A DNA stretch of 64,000 nucleotides from Octopus sinensis (GCF_006345805.1 NC_043011.1:43102464-43166463); one strand, 5' to 3'; shown: positions 41,645-54,875, numbered from the stretch's first letter. Notes: a model not told the origin generated them from the letters alone. A program made the numbers and translations.

Positions 41645-42210
41645 TTGGGTTGTCCGGAAAGTTCGTGCCGATTTATAGTAGCTTACATTTCGACTTATTT
41701 TAGAACATGGTTGAGTCCATAAAATAGGATTTGACTACACCTCCATTTAGAGCACAGTTTAAGCTATCTTCTTGTGGAAGAAGGTTTATGTTCCTATAAT
41801 CTGTGTTAATTTTGTAACCCTATAAAATGGAAGATAAGAAAGTTCATTTTCGGCACTTAATGCTTTGAGAACCAGACAAAAATTGCTGCAGCTTGTCTGG
41901 GATGTGTTACCCCGCCCTCTATATTCACCAGATATCACTCCTTCGGATTTCCACACATTCAAGTCTCTGCAGAATAATCTTTATGGTTAAAATTACAATT
42001 CCTTGGATGACGTAAAAAGATATCTTGATGAATTCTTTACCATGAAACTAACTCAATTCTGGAAAGACGCTATTTTCTAGTTAAAGGAAAAATGGAGACG
42101 TATTGTGCAACCAAATGGTTCACATTTGGTTGATTAAAAATGTAATAGCAAGTATTTATTGACATTTTTCTTTCTTTTAAAAATCGGCACGAACTTTCTG
42201 GACAACCCAA
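41645..42210 (+). mobile_element. Internally deleted mariner transposon
   Basis: 30-bp TIRs ttgggttgtccggaaagttcgtgccgattt / aaatcggcacgaactttctggacaacccaa with TA flanks. MEDKKVHFRHLML at 41827 is joined to WDVLP.PLYSPDITPSDFH.FKSLQN. Confidence 0.95.
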
Positions 42211-42239
42211 TATATATATATATATATTATATATATATA

Positions 42240-42330
42240 TGTACGACGGGTTTCTTCCAGTTTCTATCAACCAAATTCACCCACAAAGCTTTGGGTCGTA
42301 CGACACTATAGTGGAAGATACCCGCCCAAG
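42240..42330 (-). mobile_element. SINE family A fragment
   Basis: acgacggg.ttctt.cagtttc..ccaaatt.ac.cacaa.gctttgg. Confidence 0.65.
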
Positions 42331-42608
42331 AGACACACTTATACTACACACCTAAACTTACGACTATATATGCATACATACATGTATATTCATATATATA
42401 TATAATATATATATATATATGCACGTGCAGACGTATGCAGATAAACATTTATACACCATTAAATATATCTCTTGCACAATATTTAATGCTGTATAAGTAT
42501 ATATTTATACAGCACTAAATATCGCTTTTTACACGTGGAAGAAAGTGGAGGAAATGGAAAGTATCAAAGTAGAGAGAGACTCATCTTTGCACCACATGTA
42601 TACATACA

Positions 42609-42639
<31 letters not shown>

Positions 42640-42663
42640 CATACATACATACATACATACATA

Positions 42664-42711
<48 letters not shown>

Positions 42712-43479
42712 GATATATATATAGATAGATATCGATATATGTATTTGCATAATTATACACACACACACACACACACACGTATATATACACACACAGACAT
42801 ACATACACGCACGCGTAGACAAAGAGAGAAAGAAAGAGAGACAGACGGTGTCGGAGTGATTTACATACTTTTACGGTTAAAATCTTCTCTGAAACTAAAC
42901 TGACGTATTAGCATACATATACACACGGGATAAAATACTTAAAACATAAAAGTGCAGTTTATTTATTCATTCATTCGAAACTAAGGCTTCTCTTCACTGC
43001 CATTTTAGGTTTCTCCTATCACACACGTTCTTTAGAACTTAATCTCCTAATTCAACATAAATCTTATCGTTACTAAAACTGATAGTTATGCTGTTTTAGC
43101 ATCGAATGCACGCACGCATTCACTCCTACACAGACCGAAGCACACTTTACTCACAGACATTAATACGCCTGTATAAACACATATATATATATTATCCGTG
43201 AATGCAACCCTTTCCCAATGTGTATTCATTCACAAATATACACGGATCTATGTAAATTAATATGGATTATAACGTCAGTTATTTTTTTATTGTTGTAGAT
43301 ATCTATATTTGTTCGCCTCCGCTATACCTTTTAGTTCGGCTACGAAAACAAAACAATAAAAAAGACAATAACAACAACTACAACTATAATCCCCACTACT
43401 GTCACCTTTTTAATTATTTGAACTGCCATTGTGTCCTCTGCCTGTGGTCGCCCGTCATGCTAAAAGCGTTAACCAAATA

Positions 43480-43646
43480 GGCGCAGGAGTGGCTGTGTGG
43501 TAAGTAGCTTGCTTACCAACCACATGGTTCCGGGTTCAGTGCCACTGCGTGGCACCTTGGGCAAGTGTCTTCTACTGTAGCCTCGGGCCAACCAAAGCCT
43601 TGTGAGTGGGTTTGGTAGACGGAAACTGAAAGAAACCCGTCGTATA

Positions 43647-43688
<42 letters not shown>

Positions 43689-43719
43689 CATAGATACATA
43701 TATATATATCTATATATAT

Positions 43720-43782
<63 letters not shown>

Positions 43783-44010
43783 GTATGTGTATATGTTTGT
43801 GTGTCTGTGTTTGTCCCCCGAACATCGCTTAACAACCGATGCTATTATGTTTACGTCCCCGTAACTTAGCGGTTCGGCAAAAGACACCGATAGAATAGGT
43901 ACTAGGCTTACAAAGAATAAGTCCTGGGGTCGATTTGCTCAACTAAAGGCGGTGCTCCAGCATGGCCGCAGTCAACTGATTGAAACAAGTAAAAGAGTAA
44001 AGAGAGTAAA
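43480..44010 (+). mobile_element. SINE family A, full length with an expanded internal (TA)n
   Basis: Complete head GGCGCAGGAGTGGCTGTGTGGTAAG..GGTTCAGTGCC, CORE-like ttgggcaagt block, and an aaaagagt tail. Confidence 0.95.
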
Positions 44011-44981
44011 TCTCTCTGAAATTTCACTCTATCATCTCTTAATAAAGTAATCTCTGGCGGATAAGATGGTCATTGCTTGAACGTCGAGTCACGTGATGTC
44101 TTTCAAATATGTTTTACCGCTCTTTTTTATATATTTTCGTCTTTTAATTGTCAAGTGGTGAGCAAACTAATACAAATACAGACACACATATATAGGTAGG
44201 TAGTTTCTGCACAGAAGGTCAACATTTCCATCAAGTTTCTTATTAGTATACTAGTGCGCTCTTGTAGATAGGTGTCTGTCACTAGTTTTTCTTGAATCAC
44301 CGATAGTGCTTCCCCAGTTGGGACTTTGGTGAACAGAGAAAATCAAGCAGAAAGAAAGTAAACGCCCAAATATAATCTATCTTAGTTGATTGGTATTTGA
44401 AAATAATTCAGATTTAATCGATTTACCTTAATCCACACAACGCAGCAAAACAGATGTTTGGCCATTCATATCGCGTTATATATAAACCAACGTACATGTC
44501 TGTTGTAGCCGAGCTGGTTAAAAATCAACTCTCGCGCGTTGACCTTCATCAGGGGCATATCTCTAAACGAATGAGAGTTTTAAAATGATATTGCAAATTA
44601 TGCAGAAAGGATAAAAGGAATGAAGTCACTGTTTCGGTTACAGAGTTATGAAGCTTGTTTAGAAACAGGAATCAAGTTTCACAATTACTCGTTAAAATAG
44701 GTGCAGGCATGTCTGTCTGGTTAAGGCAGGTCCCCGTGAAACCAGATCATGTGGTTCCTGGTTCAGTGCGGTGCCTCATAGAACATGAAATTGACTTTTG
44801 CTATCGCCAAGGGCCAGCCAATGGAAAATACGTAAACTAAAAGAAGCAGCACATGCTAGGACACAACAATCTCCTAAGCAGATAAAGTGCAGATAAGAAC
44901 AGTATATGGGAACCGGTATTAAGGAAAGATAGGAGATTATTAGATTTATAAGTCCTAAAATTCGCCCCATAATTGCCTACA

Positions 44982-45049
44982 GGCATATAGCGTAGTGTAA
45001 GAGCGCGAGCTACTAACCCCAGGATTCCGAGTTCGATTCCAGGCAGTGA

Positions 45050-45083
<34 letters not shown>

Positions 45084-45216
45084 TTTCCAAGACGCCTGAT
45101 GAAGGTTGGAAGGTATATCAACCGAAACGTTGTGTTAACAACAAACAATATGAAGACAAATATCCGTCAATTGTAAATAATGTACATAATTCCTCATCTC
45201 TTAAATATAGAACTGT
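44982..45216 (+). mobile_element. Composite: tRNA-like head, (AAT)n, minimal hammerhead, PLE-like tail
   Basis: A-box tagcgtagtg and B-box gagttcgattcc (44982-45053). Hammerhead gacgc-CTGATGA-a-ggttg(10 nt)caacc-GAAA-cg-TT-gtgtt at 45091-45136. Confidence 0.7.
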
Positions 45217-45371
45217 ATTTTTTTGTTTGCTTTTAGTCCTCTAAGAATTTCATGACTCACATAGTATATTTTCATGATTATCTGTTAAGGAAAGTACTAA
45301 ATCAATATGTTCATACATGCAAACATACATACATACATACATAAATGCATACATACATACATACATACATA

Positions 45372-45585
45372 GGTTTTGCGAGTGATAATCTGGATAAGGT
45401 AGAACTTTCAGAAAAAGAAATCAGCCAGGTGACTCGTACTTTACAAATAAAATCTGTTTGTGCAATAATAAAAATATGCCCGGCTGTATTCAAATTCAAA
45501 CTGAATTTGTCTTCGTTATCTACATTCCAGCGATTGAGCTGAGCATCATTGTCAGAAATCATCTCCTTCCTCAGAGGAAGAACTT
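45372..45585 (+). mobile_element. 3' end of the (CATA)n-associated R4-like LINE, decayed
   Basis: NLDKVELSEKEISQVTRTLQIKSVCAIIKICPAVFKF is homologous to the C-termini at 8900 and 9240; CATA repeats lie on both sides. Confidence 0.65.
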
Positions 45586-46439
45586 ATATACATACATGCA
45601 TATAGACATACAAACATAAATATAATTATATACATATGTGTGTATACATACTTATGCATACATGTGTGTGTGTCTGCATACTTTTATATTTATATTTAAT
45701 TCATGAGCTAATGCTGCATACACTGTTCTTGTAATACATGTTTGGAGATAGCTTTATCACATTTTTAATGATTTGAAGCAGCGCATTCGTTGTGAATAAA
45801 TGCCTCAATTAGGCGAATTAAAATGCATCATGTCCAGATAATGAGTATTTATCATACACGCAACATACACAGACACACGCACAAACACAAGCACACACAC
45901 AAACATATACACCCACAAACTCAAGCCCGTAGTACATGTTCCATTAGCTTTATTACGCCAACGTCTAAGCAATGTCATTTGCAACGTAGATATGGAGGTG
46001 CGATAGTGAAATATCTATGTGATCAATGGCTTATTCCCCGTGGTCAACACTTCACGCCTTGCATTCTAAATAGCTTCATTAACCATGAGTTATTATCAAC
46101 ATTTATTAGTTACTGTTATAGCTACAGAAGGAGTATTTGTTATTCGTGCTTAGGGTTTCAGTCGTTGGTACTGTACTACTGCTGCTGCTACGGCTCATGC
46201 TATGGACTTTGTTGTTCTTGTTGTTGCTATGGTTCCTTTTTTTTTTTATAAGACTGTCATAACTGTTGGTTTTATTGCTATTGTTAGAGGAAATGGTGTT
46301 TCTGTAGTAGATATTGTAGCTTCTGTTGCTGCTACTGCTACTCTTGTTCCTTAGCCCCGGGTCAGTCCTTATCGATCAGGTCTACAATATAAGACGTTTC
46401 ATTCTGGACATTTGCATAAAAGTATGAAATTGAATTAAT

Positions 46440-47700
46440 CTCTAGGCATCTTACAGATTTGCTGACGCCAACATTGTCGATTTTATTCTTCTCTGTCCAA
46501 AACATTATTATGCATCGTCCACCATCGATTTTGGTTAAGAACTACAATGCAATAGTCGTTAACAGCGTTGATATAATAATGCATGCTACGTTGATAGAAC
46601 AATGCATGCCTACTGTTAAATATAAATTCTGAGTAAAAAAAAAGAGACAGGGCTAACAGGTACCTTCGACGTAACTATAGACAGCGCTTATATCACAGGA
46701 TTATAGATTTTAATTATACCTACATAGAAATTTGCTATCGCAGACTTTGGCCTATATAGGGATGAGGAATTAACTATAACTGGCCGTACAATTGGCCACA
46801 TCATATACACATTAATAAAGGACATTATTGACACTTCTTACACTTTTGGCCTGAATGTACCTATAGCCACTGAAGTAAATGCCGTTAATTTCTTTGACGA
46901 TACCCTAGACTTAAAGTTCAGCTTTCACAAAGCATATGAAAACCCCTCTTTCATCGACATAAGAACATGACACCTGACGCAATATTGAAGCACCTTATAT
47001 TTGCAAATGGCTCTCATTTGTCTTAGGATAAGTACATATTGGCTAAGACACCCTCATGCTAGAATAAAGCCTCGATACGTGCAGATTCAAAAGGAAAATT
47101 AACTACACACTTCACTGTTCCATAAATATAAAAAGAGATAAGTGGTGTGTAATATTATATGTGTCACAGGTGTCTCTTCGATCGATGTAAAATGTAATGG
47201 AACTCCTTTAACCTAATATACAAACTCTTTTCTCTTGTCCAGAAAATCTTAAATCTACGTGTTGCTCAACCTGAACATGTAAACCATATCACACACACTG
47301 GTACGTGCTAATGTAGAAGACCTAATACATGAGCAACTGAATACAAAACTGGAAAAGTAAAACAAAATTTAAGGCCACTTATACACAATGAAATCTAGTA
47401 GAAAACACAAGCCACACACACTGTGATATAATCATATATCTTCCCTCAAAAATAGATAACAGAAGGCTAAAAAAATTAGCTGAGTAAACAAGGAAATTGA
47501 AAGAAGAGGTCTTCAGATTGCAGTATTTAATGCAACATCCTCGAAATGGCCAAACCCTAGAGAGCTGGGAATAAAATTTGTCACATTTGCAAAAGAGAGA
47601 CGTAGTATTGCCACAAAACTTTCATGAACAAATCTCCTATTTAGTTATCAGATCAGAGGTCTCCGAGAAAAGCAAACACTTCGAAAAACAACTATTACGC
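46440..47700 (+). pseudogene. Heavily decayed Penelope-like element ORF (RT plus C-terminal endonuclease), probably Hydra clade
   Basis: Collinear remnants: NIVDF(Y)SS at 46470, IIMH, FDVTIDS at 46665 (cf. FDVTMGS), FGLYRDEEL at 46746 (cf. GLYRDDGL), FGLNVPI..VNFFDDTLDL, and AKP*RAGNKICHICKRE at 47549. Confidence 0.72.
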
Positions 47701-48645
47701 AAGTAAGAAACACCACTCCTTAGACTGCAAATACGTACATAAACAGACCCTTTCTACTACTTCCATTCGTTTAAATAACTTCAAAATATTGTTACTACAC
47801 ATATTTTTTATTAAATTCCCCCATTATTTAAGCTTCCTTATTTACTTTGTATCAATTCTTTCTCTATTTATCTACGTAAAATACATTCATGCTTGTATGT
47901 ATGCATACAGGTATATATGCATATATAAAATTTGTATAAGGCAGTAATCACTGCACTGCCCAGTAGGCATGTGCTTTGTACCATACCATCATTCAAATAC
48001 TTTGTAACATTTGTGACTGAAAAGTTATTTCTTGTTCTTAGGTGATAGAATTAAGCCATGGCCTGCTTTAGCAAAACTAACTGTATCTTTAGCGGTGTCC
48101 CCTTTGTTGCACGCAACTGGGCCAGTTCATCAATCAAAACATGACTTCATCCCATTAGTCTCAGAGGTCCTGTAAAGGATCGTACTCTGTGGACGAAGAC
48201 AAGTAGGAAACTCGTGAGAAAACTGTGCTGGCATGTATATGTGTATGTATGTACATATCTGTACATGTGTAAATTTACCACTGAGTATGTTATGCATGTA
48301 TATAATGTTCGCATGAGTTTATGTATGTGGAAGTTTGTGTACATCTATGAATATTCGTATCTGCGTTTTAGTGTATGTATGCATGCATACGTGTGTAAAT
48401 AGGTTTATGAGTAAGTTAATAAGTATTCGTATCTGTGTGCATATTCACAGATATCTACACACACACACATATATATATATATACATATACATAAAGATAT
48501 ATATATTATATATGTATGTATGCACATACATACGCACACATTAAATCACAAACAGATATATTTGAATGTTTGTATATGTTATGCGTATTTTTCGGCATAT
48601 GTTTACATGTGTGCAAACACACGCCAAGACGTGTGTGTGTGTGTT

Positions 48646-48691
<46 letters not shown>

Positions 48692-49302
48692 TGTGGCTTT
48701 ATGTGTGTCTTTGTAAGAGCTTAAGGAGATTAAGAAATGATCTCCTTATGTCAAATATAGAACTAGGAAGCTTTTATGTGATCACTCGACTTGCTAAAAA
48801 TAGCAGCAAATCTCTCAGATTAATCATACTCTTTTACAAAACACACGATGGACTAGAAAACACTGTCCCTGATATCTGCCATAAATGACGAGATGGTCAA
48901 GGCTGGCATACTTTCGCTCAAACTTCTTAATCACAAGTAACCTAAGGTTGAACAAAAACAACAACAACAGCAGCCACCATAATAACGAATGAAGAGAATG
49001 AATTAATCTTTATTATGATACATCATAGGATATACTAGAAATGGAACGTAATATATCTGAAGCTAGATCGACTACGTTAATAACTTATTGTCCTTGTAAA
49101 TATTCTGTAGCAATAAACAGTGCATTGCAAATCTTCTTATTCGTTGTTCAAACAATTGAATCCTAAACAGCTTGGTCAAAATTTACATTCGCTAAATCAC
49201 TTTAACTTGTGACCAACTGGCCTGTAGAGGTGTTCTCCTATTTTTATAGTTCCTATTTTTGTAGTTGCTACAAATGTTCTCGTTTATTTGTTTATCTTCT
49301 GC

Positions 49303-49534
49303 TTATCTCAATCGAAGGAGAGGGGCTTTCTCCGTCTGGGTTGCGGATCCGCGGAATAAGCTGCCGGACGAGATAGTGAAAATGCCGACGACCGCTCGGT
49401 TCAAAGTCTCTCTTGACCAGAAATGGCCTGAACTCTTTGCATGAACACCCCTGTACATAACTCCATGTCCCCCTACATGGCCTTGCTTTTTGCTTTTTGA
49501 GCCAAAAAATTAAATTAACTTAACTTAACTTGAC
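49303..49534 (+). mobile_element. CR1-clade LINE 3' end
   Basis: LNRRRGAFSVWVADPRNKLPDEIVKMPTTARFKVSLDQKW..*, a short 3' UTR and a (TTAAC)n tail. Confidence 0.85.
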
Positions 49535-49598
49535 TACCGCCATGCTGGACACCACACTGAAGTATTTCGTCGAACAAATAAATCGATCTCGGTAATCA

Positions 49599-50792
49599 TA
49601 GTGTGCGTCAGTATTTTTGAAGTCATTTGTATGAATTTAGAGTAAGACGAGTAACCCATCAGAGAAAAACTGTATTTGAAAACAAGTTGATACAAATAAT
49701 CTTGAGAATCCTTTTCTCACACCTATTATATGAAACCACCGTTAGCATCAATGGCTGCTTCACAAGGAGGTCGGAAGCGTTGACAACTCCGAATCAAATG
49801 ACTTTTATCAACTTTGCACATTGTGCGTGATATGGTGAACTTGAGAGATTGTATGGTAATGTAAGGTTGTTGATTGAACTCTCTGTCCACCTCAATCCAT
49901 CCGTAATAGTCTAGTGGATTGAGATCTGGTGAACTAGTATGCCATCTATCTTGGAGAACAGAGTCATGGCGATTGGAATGCATCCACGCTTGGACTGTCA
50001 TACATTTATGAAACAGCGCAGAGTATTGTTAGAAGATGTACGGTCTTCTGTTGCGTGTTCTGTTAATCCTGGGCCTCACAACTTTCTCCAAAACTTCTGT
50101 GTAAAGAACAGCATTGACTCTTAAACCTCTGAAAATGAGTTAGGCCTAGGACACATTCCTCGTTGCTGACGAATCCCAGAATCACCACAGTTGCTGGGAA
50201 CTTAATATGCATGACTTTCGAAAGTTCATTCGTGTCTATGTATAGTGATCTGTTGTTCCTTCGGTTTACCTTCTTCATATCGGAAAGAAAAACAAAGCAT
50301 TCTAGCCTCTTCGTGATTTAACTTGTTTAGCAAAGCACTGTACACAGATGAAACAATTATCCTTTGTCATATCCGAAACAGACTGACCCATCCGTATCAC
50401 ATACGACTTTTACAAGATGTCCTCGTGCACATTCTCAAATCTTTAGGTCCTTTGAATTGGCTCTTATTGACTTTTCGATTATGTCCTGGACTTTTTGCTC
50501 AAAGTTATTTGTTCTGATGGTATAAGAAGCCCGTGCATACATTTTGCGTTTAGCTGCTCATATTGGAACTCATCTCCCTTGAAACTTCGACAACGAAAGA
50601 TCGGCAAATTTCCAGGAAGCGAGCTATTTCTGTATCACAATGCAGCGCTTTTAATGCAACGATTATAGCGTGCTTTTTCATTGGTGGGCCAACCTTATGT
50701 CTGATATTACTTATCTGAAAGGGAAGGTTAAAATAAGAAAAATAAAATTAGAGATCTTGAAAGGTGCGTTCTCAAAATACTGACGAACCCTG
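49599..50792 (-). mobile_element. Decayed Tc1/mariner-superfamily transposon (DD37D/maT-like)
   Basis: MKKHAIIVALKA..EIARFL; NRRNNR..VMHIKFPATVVILGFVSNE; SSPDLNPLDYYGW..RSCQRFR..AAIDANGGFI*. Decayed TIRs cagggttcgtcagtattttg / tagtgtgcgtcagtattttt. Confidence 0.88.
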
Positions 50793-50838
50793 TATTCTTA
50801 CAACTCTGATATGTACATAGATATGCGTATATATATAT

Positions 50839-50908
<70 letters not shown>

Positions 50909-51191
50909 TACATACATACATACATAAACTCTGAAAACGTGTGTGTCATATATATATATATATATATGTATACGTTCGTCGTATGCACATACATACTTAC
51001 ATACATAGGAAAGATCCAGGGAAATAATTACAAGGTAGCCGGATGTCCCATAAGTGTCTTAGGAATAAGTGATCACACTTCTGTTGGAGTTAATTCCAGG
51101 GAGAAGCGTCGCGTGTTTTGGAGAACATGGGAAAAATTGAAAATGGAGACAAACGCTCAAAATGATGTTAAATCATTTATATCTTCATATC

Positions 51192-51272
51192 ATCGACATG
51201 TTTCGATTAGTGCATTCAAAATAAATCCGACAGGATGAATAATGTGGAGCAATGCATCAATCTCATCAGGGA
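51192..51272 (-). ncRNA. Hammerhead-like motif with intact core and weak stem I
   Basis: Minus strand: CTGATGA-gatt(ga)tgcatt...aatgca(ct)aatc-GAAA-catg-TC; same long stem II layout as 19345. Confidence 0.5.
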
Positions 51273-52289
51273 GGATATAAACAACATGCGTATTTTTCAG
51301 CATTTGTTCACAAAAAGTGTGTGTGTGTGTATCAACGTCGTTGATATTTGTGGATAAAAAAGAAAATTCGATAATAACTGATCTATAAAGATTAGTGTGG
51401 GTTTTCTAAACCTTTCAAACACATCTTTTGAAAGCCAGTGGTAAAACAAACTGAATTGTAAAAAGAGGTGTAAAAGCAATACGATATCATTTGCAGCTTT
51501 GAACAATATAACAAGTGTGTTGATTAAAAATTGTTTCAAACTGATGAACCGCTGGATTTTGTTAGTTGATATCAGTTGTACGTGTTTCGCTGATTGAGGA
51601 CATGACACTTAATTTTACATTTCTAAATTCTCCTACTTTGGTGGTCTTCTTCGATAACGTTGAAATTGTAAGGAAGTTACTGTCCTTAGAAAATTGATCT
51701 TACACGAAATCTAAAATTTCATTGAGCCGTGCATTCTATTTAGTTGAGATATATTTTTCATTCGCTAAAGCAATACAAACACATGAATCTTCCACGTTTT
51801 CACATGTACATATTTACTTCACATGTAATGGTGAAGAATACTCGATTTAGATTATTGATACCACTTACTTACAGTGTCGTCTACATACACTGAGACCATA
51901 AGAACCGCTTTCCTACTTCAAATTTATAAAGCCTAATTAAGGCAAGAGCAACATGGTTAAAAACTCGATCGCTGGTAACGTGGAACAAACTAATTTGGAA
52001 ATAGTCTTAAACATAGATATGAAAGCCAAGTGTCTGAGAGTAAGTGGAATGATGTTTCAGTGAAAATATGTAGCTTTGACATTCAATCCTCTGCGTTCAA
52101 ATCTCATCAAAGGCATACTATTCAAATATAGGGGTTAGTGAAATAATTGGGTTGGATTGGGTTGCCTATGTTCAGTCCACTGCAGAACGAAGGCCTCAGC
52201 ATGTTCTTTTCTCCCGGGAGATCATACTAGCTTGATGATCTTATCTTGTAACACTGGCTCGACATGGCAATGGGGTGCAGTTTTTATAC

Positions 52290-52631
52290 TCTGGCCCAGG
52301 CGTGTTAGACTGGTTCTTATCTTATCGACCCCGGAAAGATAAAAAGCAAAGTCGACCACGGCGGAATTTGATCTCAGAATTTAAGGACGGACGAAATACC
52401 TATTTCTTTACTACCAACAAGGGGACAAACACAGAGGGGACAAACAAGGACAAACACACGGATTAAGTCGATTGTATCGGCCCCAATGCGTAACTGGTAC
52501 ATATTTAATAGACCCCGAAAGGATGAAAGGCAAAGTCGACCTCGGCGGAATTTGAACTCAGAACGTAACGGCAGACGAAATACCGCTAAGCATTTTGCCC
52601 GGCGTGCAGACGATCCTGACAGCTCGCCGCC
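52290..52631 (-). mobile_element. SINE family B, head plus young unit plus older diverged unit
   Basis: Junction ggtagtaaagaaata|ggtatttcgtc at about 52400. Confidence 0.9.
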
Positions 52632-53049
52632 AGTGATATAGTTAGTATTCGAATATTAAATTTGGAAAAAGTCAGTAATCAATAAAAGTTCACACGGTGT
52701 GATTATATTGTAATCTTGCAGCTATAACCAGTCTTGTCTGAGATTATTTATACCGAAAGAAACAATAATTGCATGAATTCCTTGTTTTAATTTGCGTTAA
52801 AGCAATGCTGAAATGCTTCGCTGACTTCAAGGATGCAAATTTATTCAGAAATCCTTCTTACAAGTCATGCAGAAGATGGCTCACGTGAAACTTCGTTACA
52901 ATACACGAAATATAAACAAATACGGGACCTAATCTAAAGTTTTATTCTCGCATTTGGAAACATGAATTTGTTCCTCACCCCACAAATACTAAAACAAGTA
53001 AAAGACTGTACTAAGGTTACACAATTACTCTAAATGACCAGACTGTCGT

Positions 53050-53320
53050 ATGTTGTTATATACTGCTGGTCACAATGCGCTTCCTCACATTTTTGCAGCT
53101 TTCGAAATATGCAACGTCGCTGTCTCGGCAGGCAGGCCAACATTCCTCTGGAACGGAACACCAGTCCGTTGCAGGATCATCCATTAACAACTGGATAGAC
53201 TGAAATTGCATGAAAGGAAGTGTTTTGCTGAAGTGCGTAAGGCACTGCCGGTCCGGGAATCGAAATCACGATCGCAAGATCTTGAGTCCGAAACCCCTAT
53301 CCGCTAGGTCACGTGCCTTC
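53050..53320 (-). mobile_element. tRNA-derived SINE, family D-like, decayed
   Basis: Minus-strand head gaaggcacgtgacctagcgg..gatttcgattcccggaccgg, followed by gcaaaacact..ctgcaacggactggtg. Confidence 0.7.
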
Positions 53321-53444
53321 AAACATACGCATACACACATACTTCTCTCATATGTGTATATATTCAGTGCTTATGAAGTACGTGTAAAAAAAAAACACTT
53401 AGTAACATCTACAGAAATCTGATACCAATATCCCTCAAGGTAAG

Positions 53445-53618
53445 GCAGAAACGACTACAATTTACTGGCCACTGTTATCGAGCAGAGAAATACTATATCT
53501 TGGGACTCAGGGCTGGATATTAGAGATCTGACAAAGCAATGCAGGATCGTGTAGTGTGGAAAGGGAATGCCAATGGAGTTCCGACCAACCTATCATTGGT
53601 CGAAGGATGATGGTGATG
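53445..53618 (+). mobile_element. RTE-X-like LINE 3' end
   Basis: RLQFTGHCYRAE / ISWDSGLDIRDL..AMQDRVVW, followed by a (GAT)n tail. Confidence 0.65.
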
Positions 53619-54207
53619 AAAATTTTCAGGAACAAGATCTCTCATTTTATATACTCATCTTCCAAGATTTATGCCACATATTCAGAGCATCATCTATCTC
53701 GGTGAAGAATGGTGACCTAGAATTTGGAACATACATTCACCTATATATATATAAAGATTAATGGGCCAGATTTGAATAATAAATAATGCAAAACACTATT
53801 TCTTGCGAGAAAGCAAATTCAAATAGAAAGAATATTAAACCAGCTAAACGAATTTGACGGATTTGTCAGTTACACACTGATTTTTGATGTTTTGCTTCGA
53901 TCTCGGAGGATTTCGATTAAGGAAAGTGATTTATATTGAATATGTACTTGCGCATATGTGTGTATATGTGTATAACGGTGCTCACACAGATACACTACAC
54001 ACAAGCTGACTCTGATAAACAACCACACATACACATACACACATATGTAAATTCATTCATGCTTACATGCGAGTGGTGTGGGACTGGGCTGCTGCATAGG
54101 TATGAATATGTGTGTGTATGTGTAAATATTTGAATGTTTCTAGACGGGAAGAATCGAATCTCAATCTGTTAAAGGTCCGCTTGGTCTGTTCAGACACGAC
54201 AGAATAC

Positions 54208-54612
54208 ATATAGACGTGGCTGTGTGGTAAGAAGGTTGCTTCCTAACCACATGGTTCCGGGTTCAGTCCCACTGTGTGGCATCTTGGGCAAGTGTCTTCT
54301 ATTATAGCCTCGGGATGACCGAAGCCCTGTGAACAGATTTGGTAGACCGAAACTGAAAGAATGTGTATGTGTGTGCGTATGCGTGTCTGTCGGTGTGAGT
54401 GTGCCTTTGTGTTTGTATTTATCCCCTCACCATCGCTTAACAACCGATGTTGGTATGTTTATGTCCCAGTGAACTAGTAGTTCGGCAAAAAGAAGCAATA
54501 GAAAAAGTACTAAGTCTTAGAAAGGATAAGTCCTGGGGTCGATTTCTTCGACAAAATCACCTTTAAGGTGATCCAGCATGTTCGCATCCAAATGACTGAA
54601 ACAAATAAAAGA
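54208..54612 (+). mobile_element. SINE family A, full length, diverged
   Basis: Head, body and aatgactgaaacaa tail. Confidence 0.88.
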
Positions 54613-54614
54613 AT

Positions 54615-54647
<33 letters not shown>

Positions 54648-54805
54648 CATACATGTATATGACGGGCCTTTCTCAGTTTCCCTCAGCTAAATCTACTCAC
54701 GACGCTTTGGCAGTTCCAAGGCTACAGTAGGAGATAGCTATCCAAGTGGGACTGAATCCATGAGCATGTAACTGAGAAACCACACACCCACGCCATGTAT
54801 ATATA

Positions 54806-54872
<67 letters not shown>

Positions 54873-54875
<3 letters not shown>

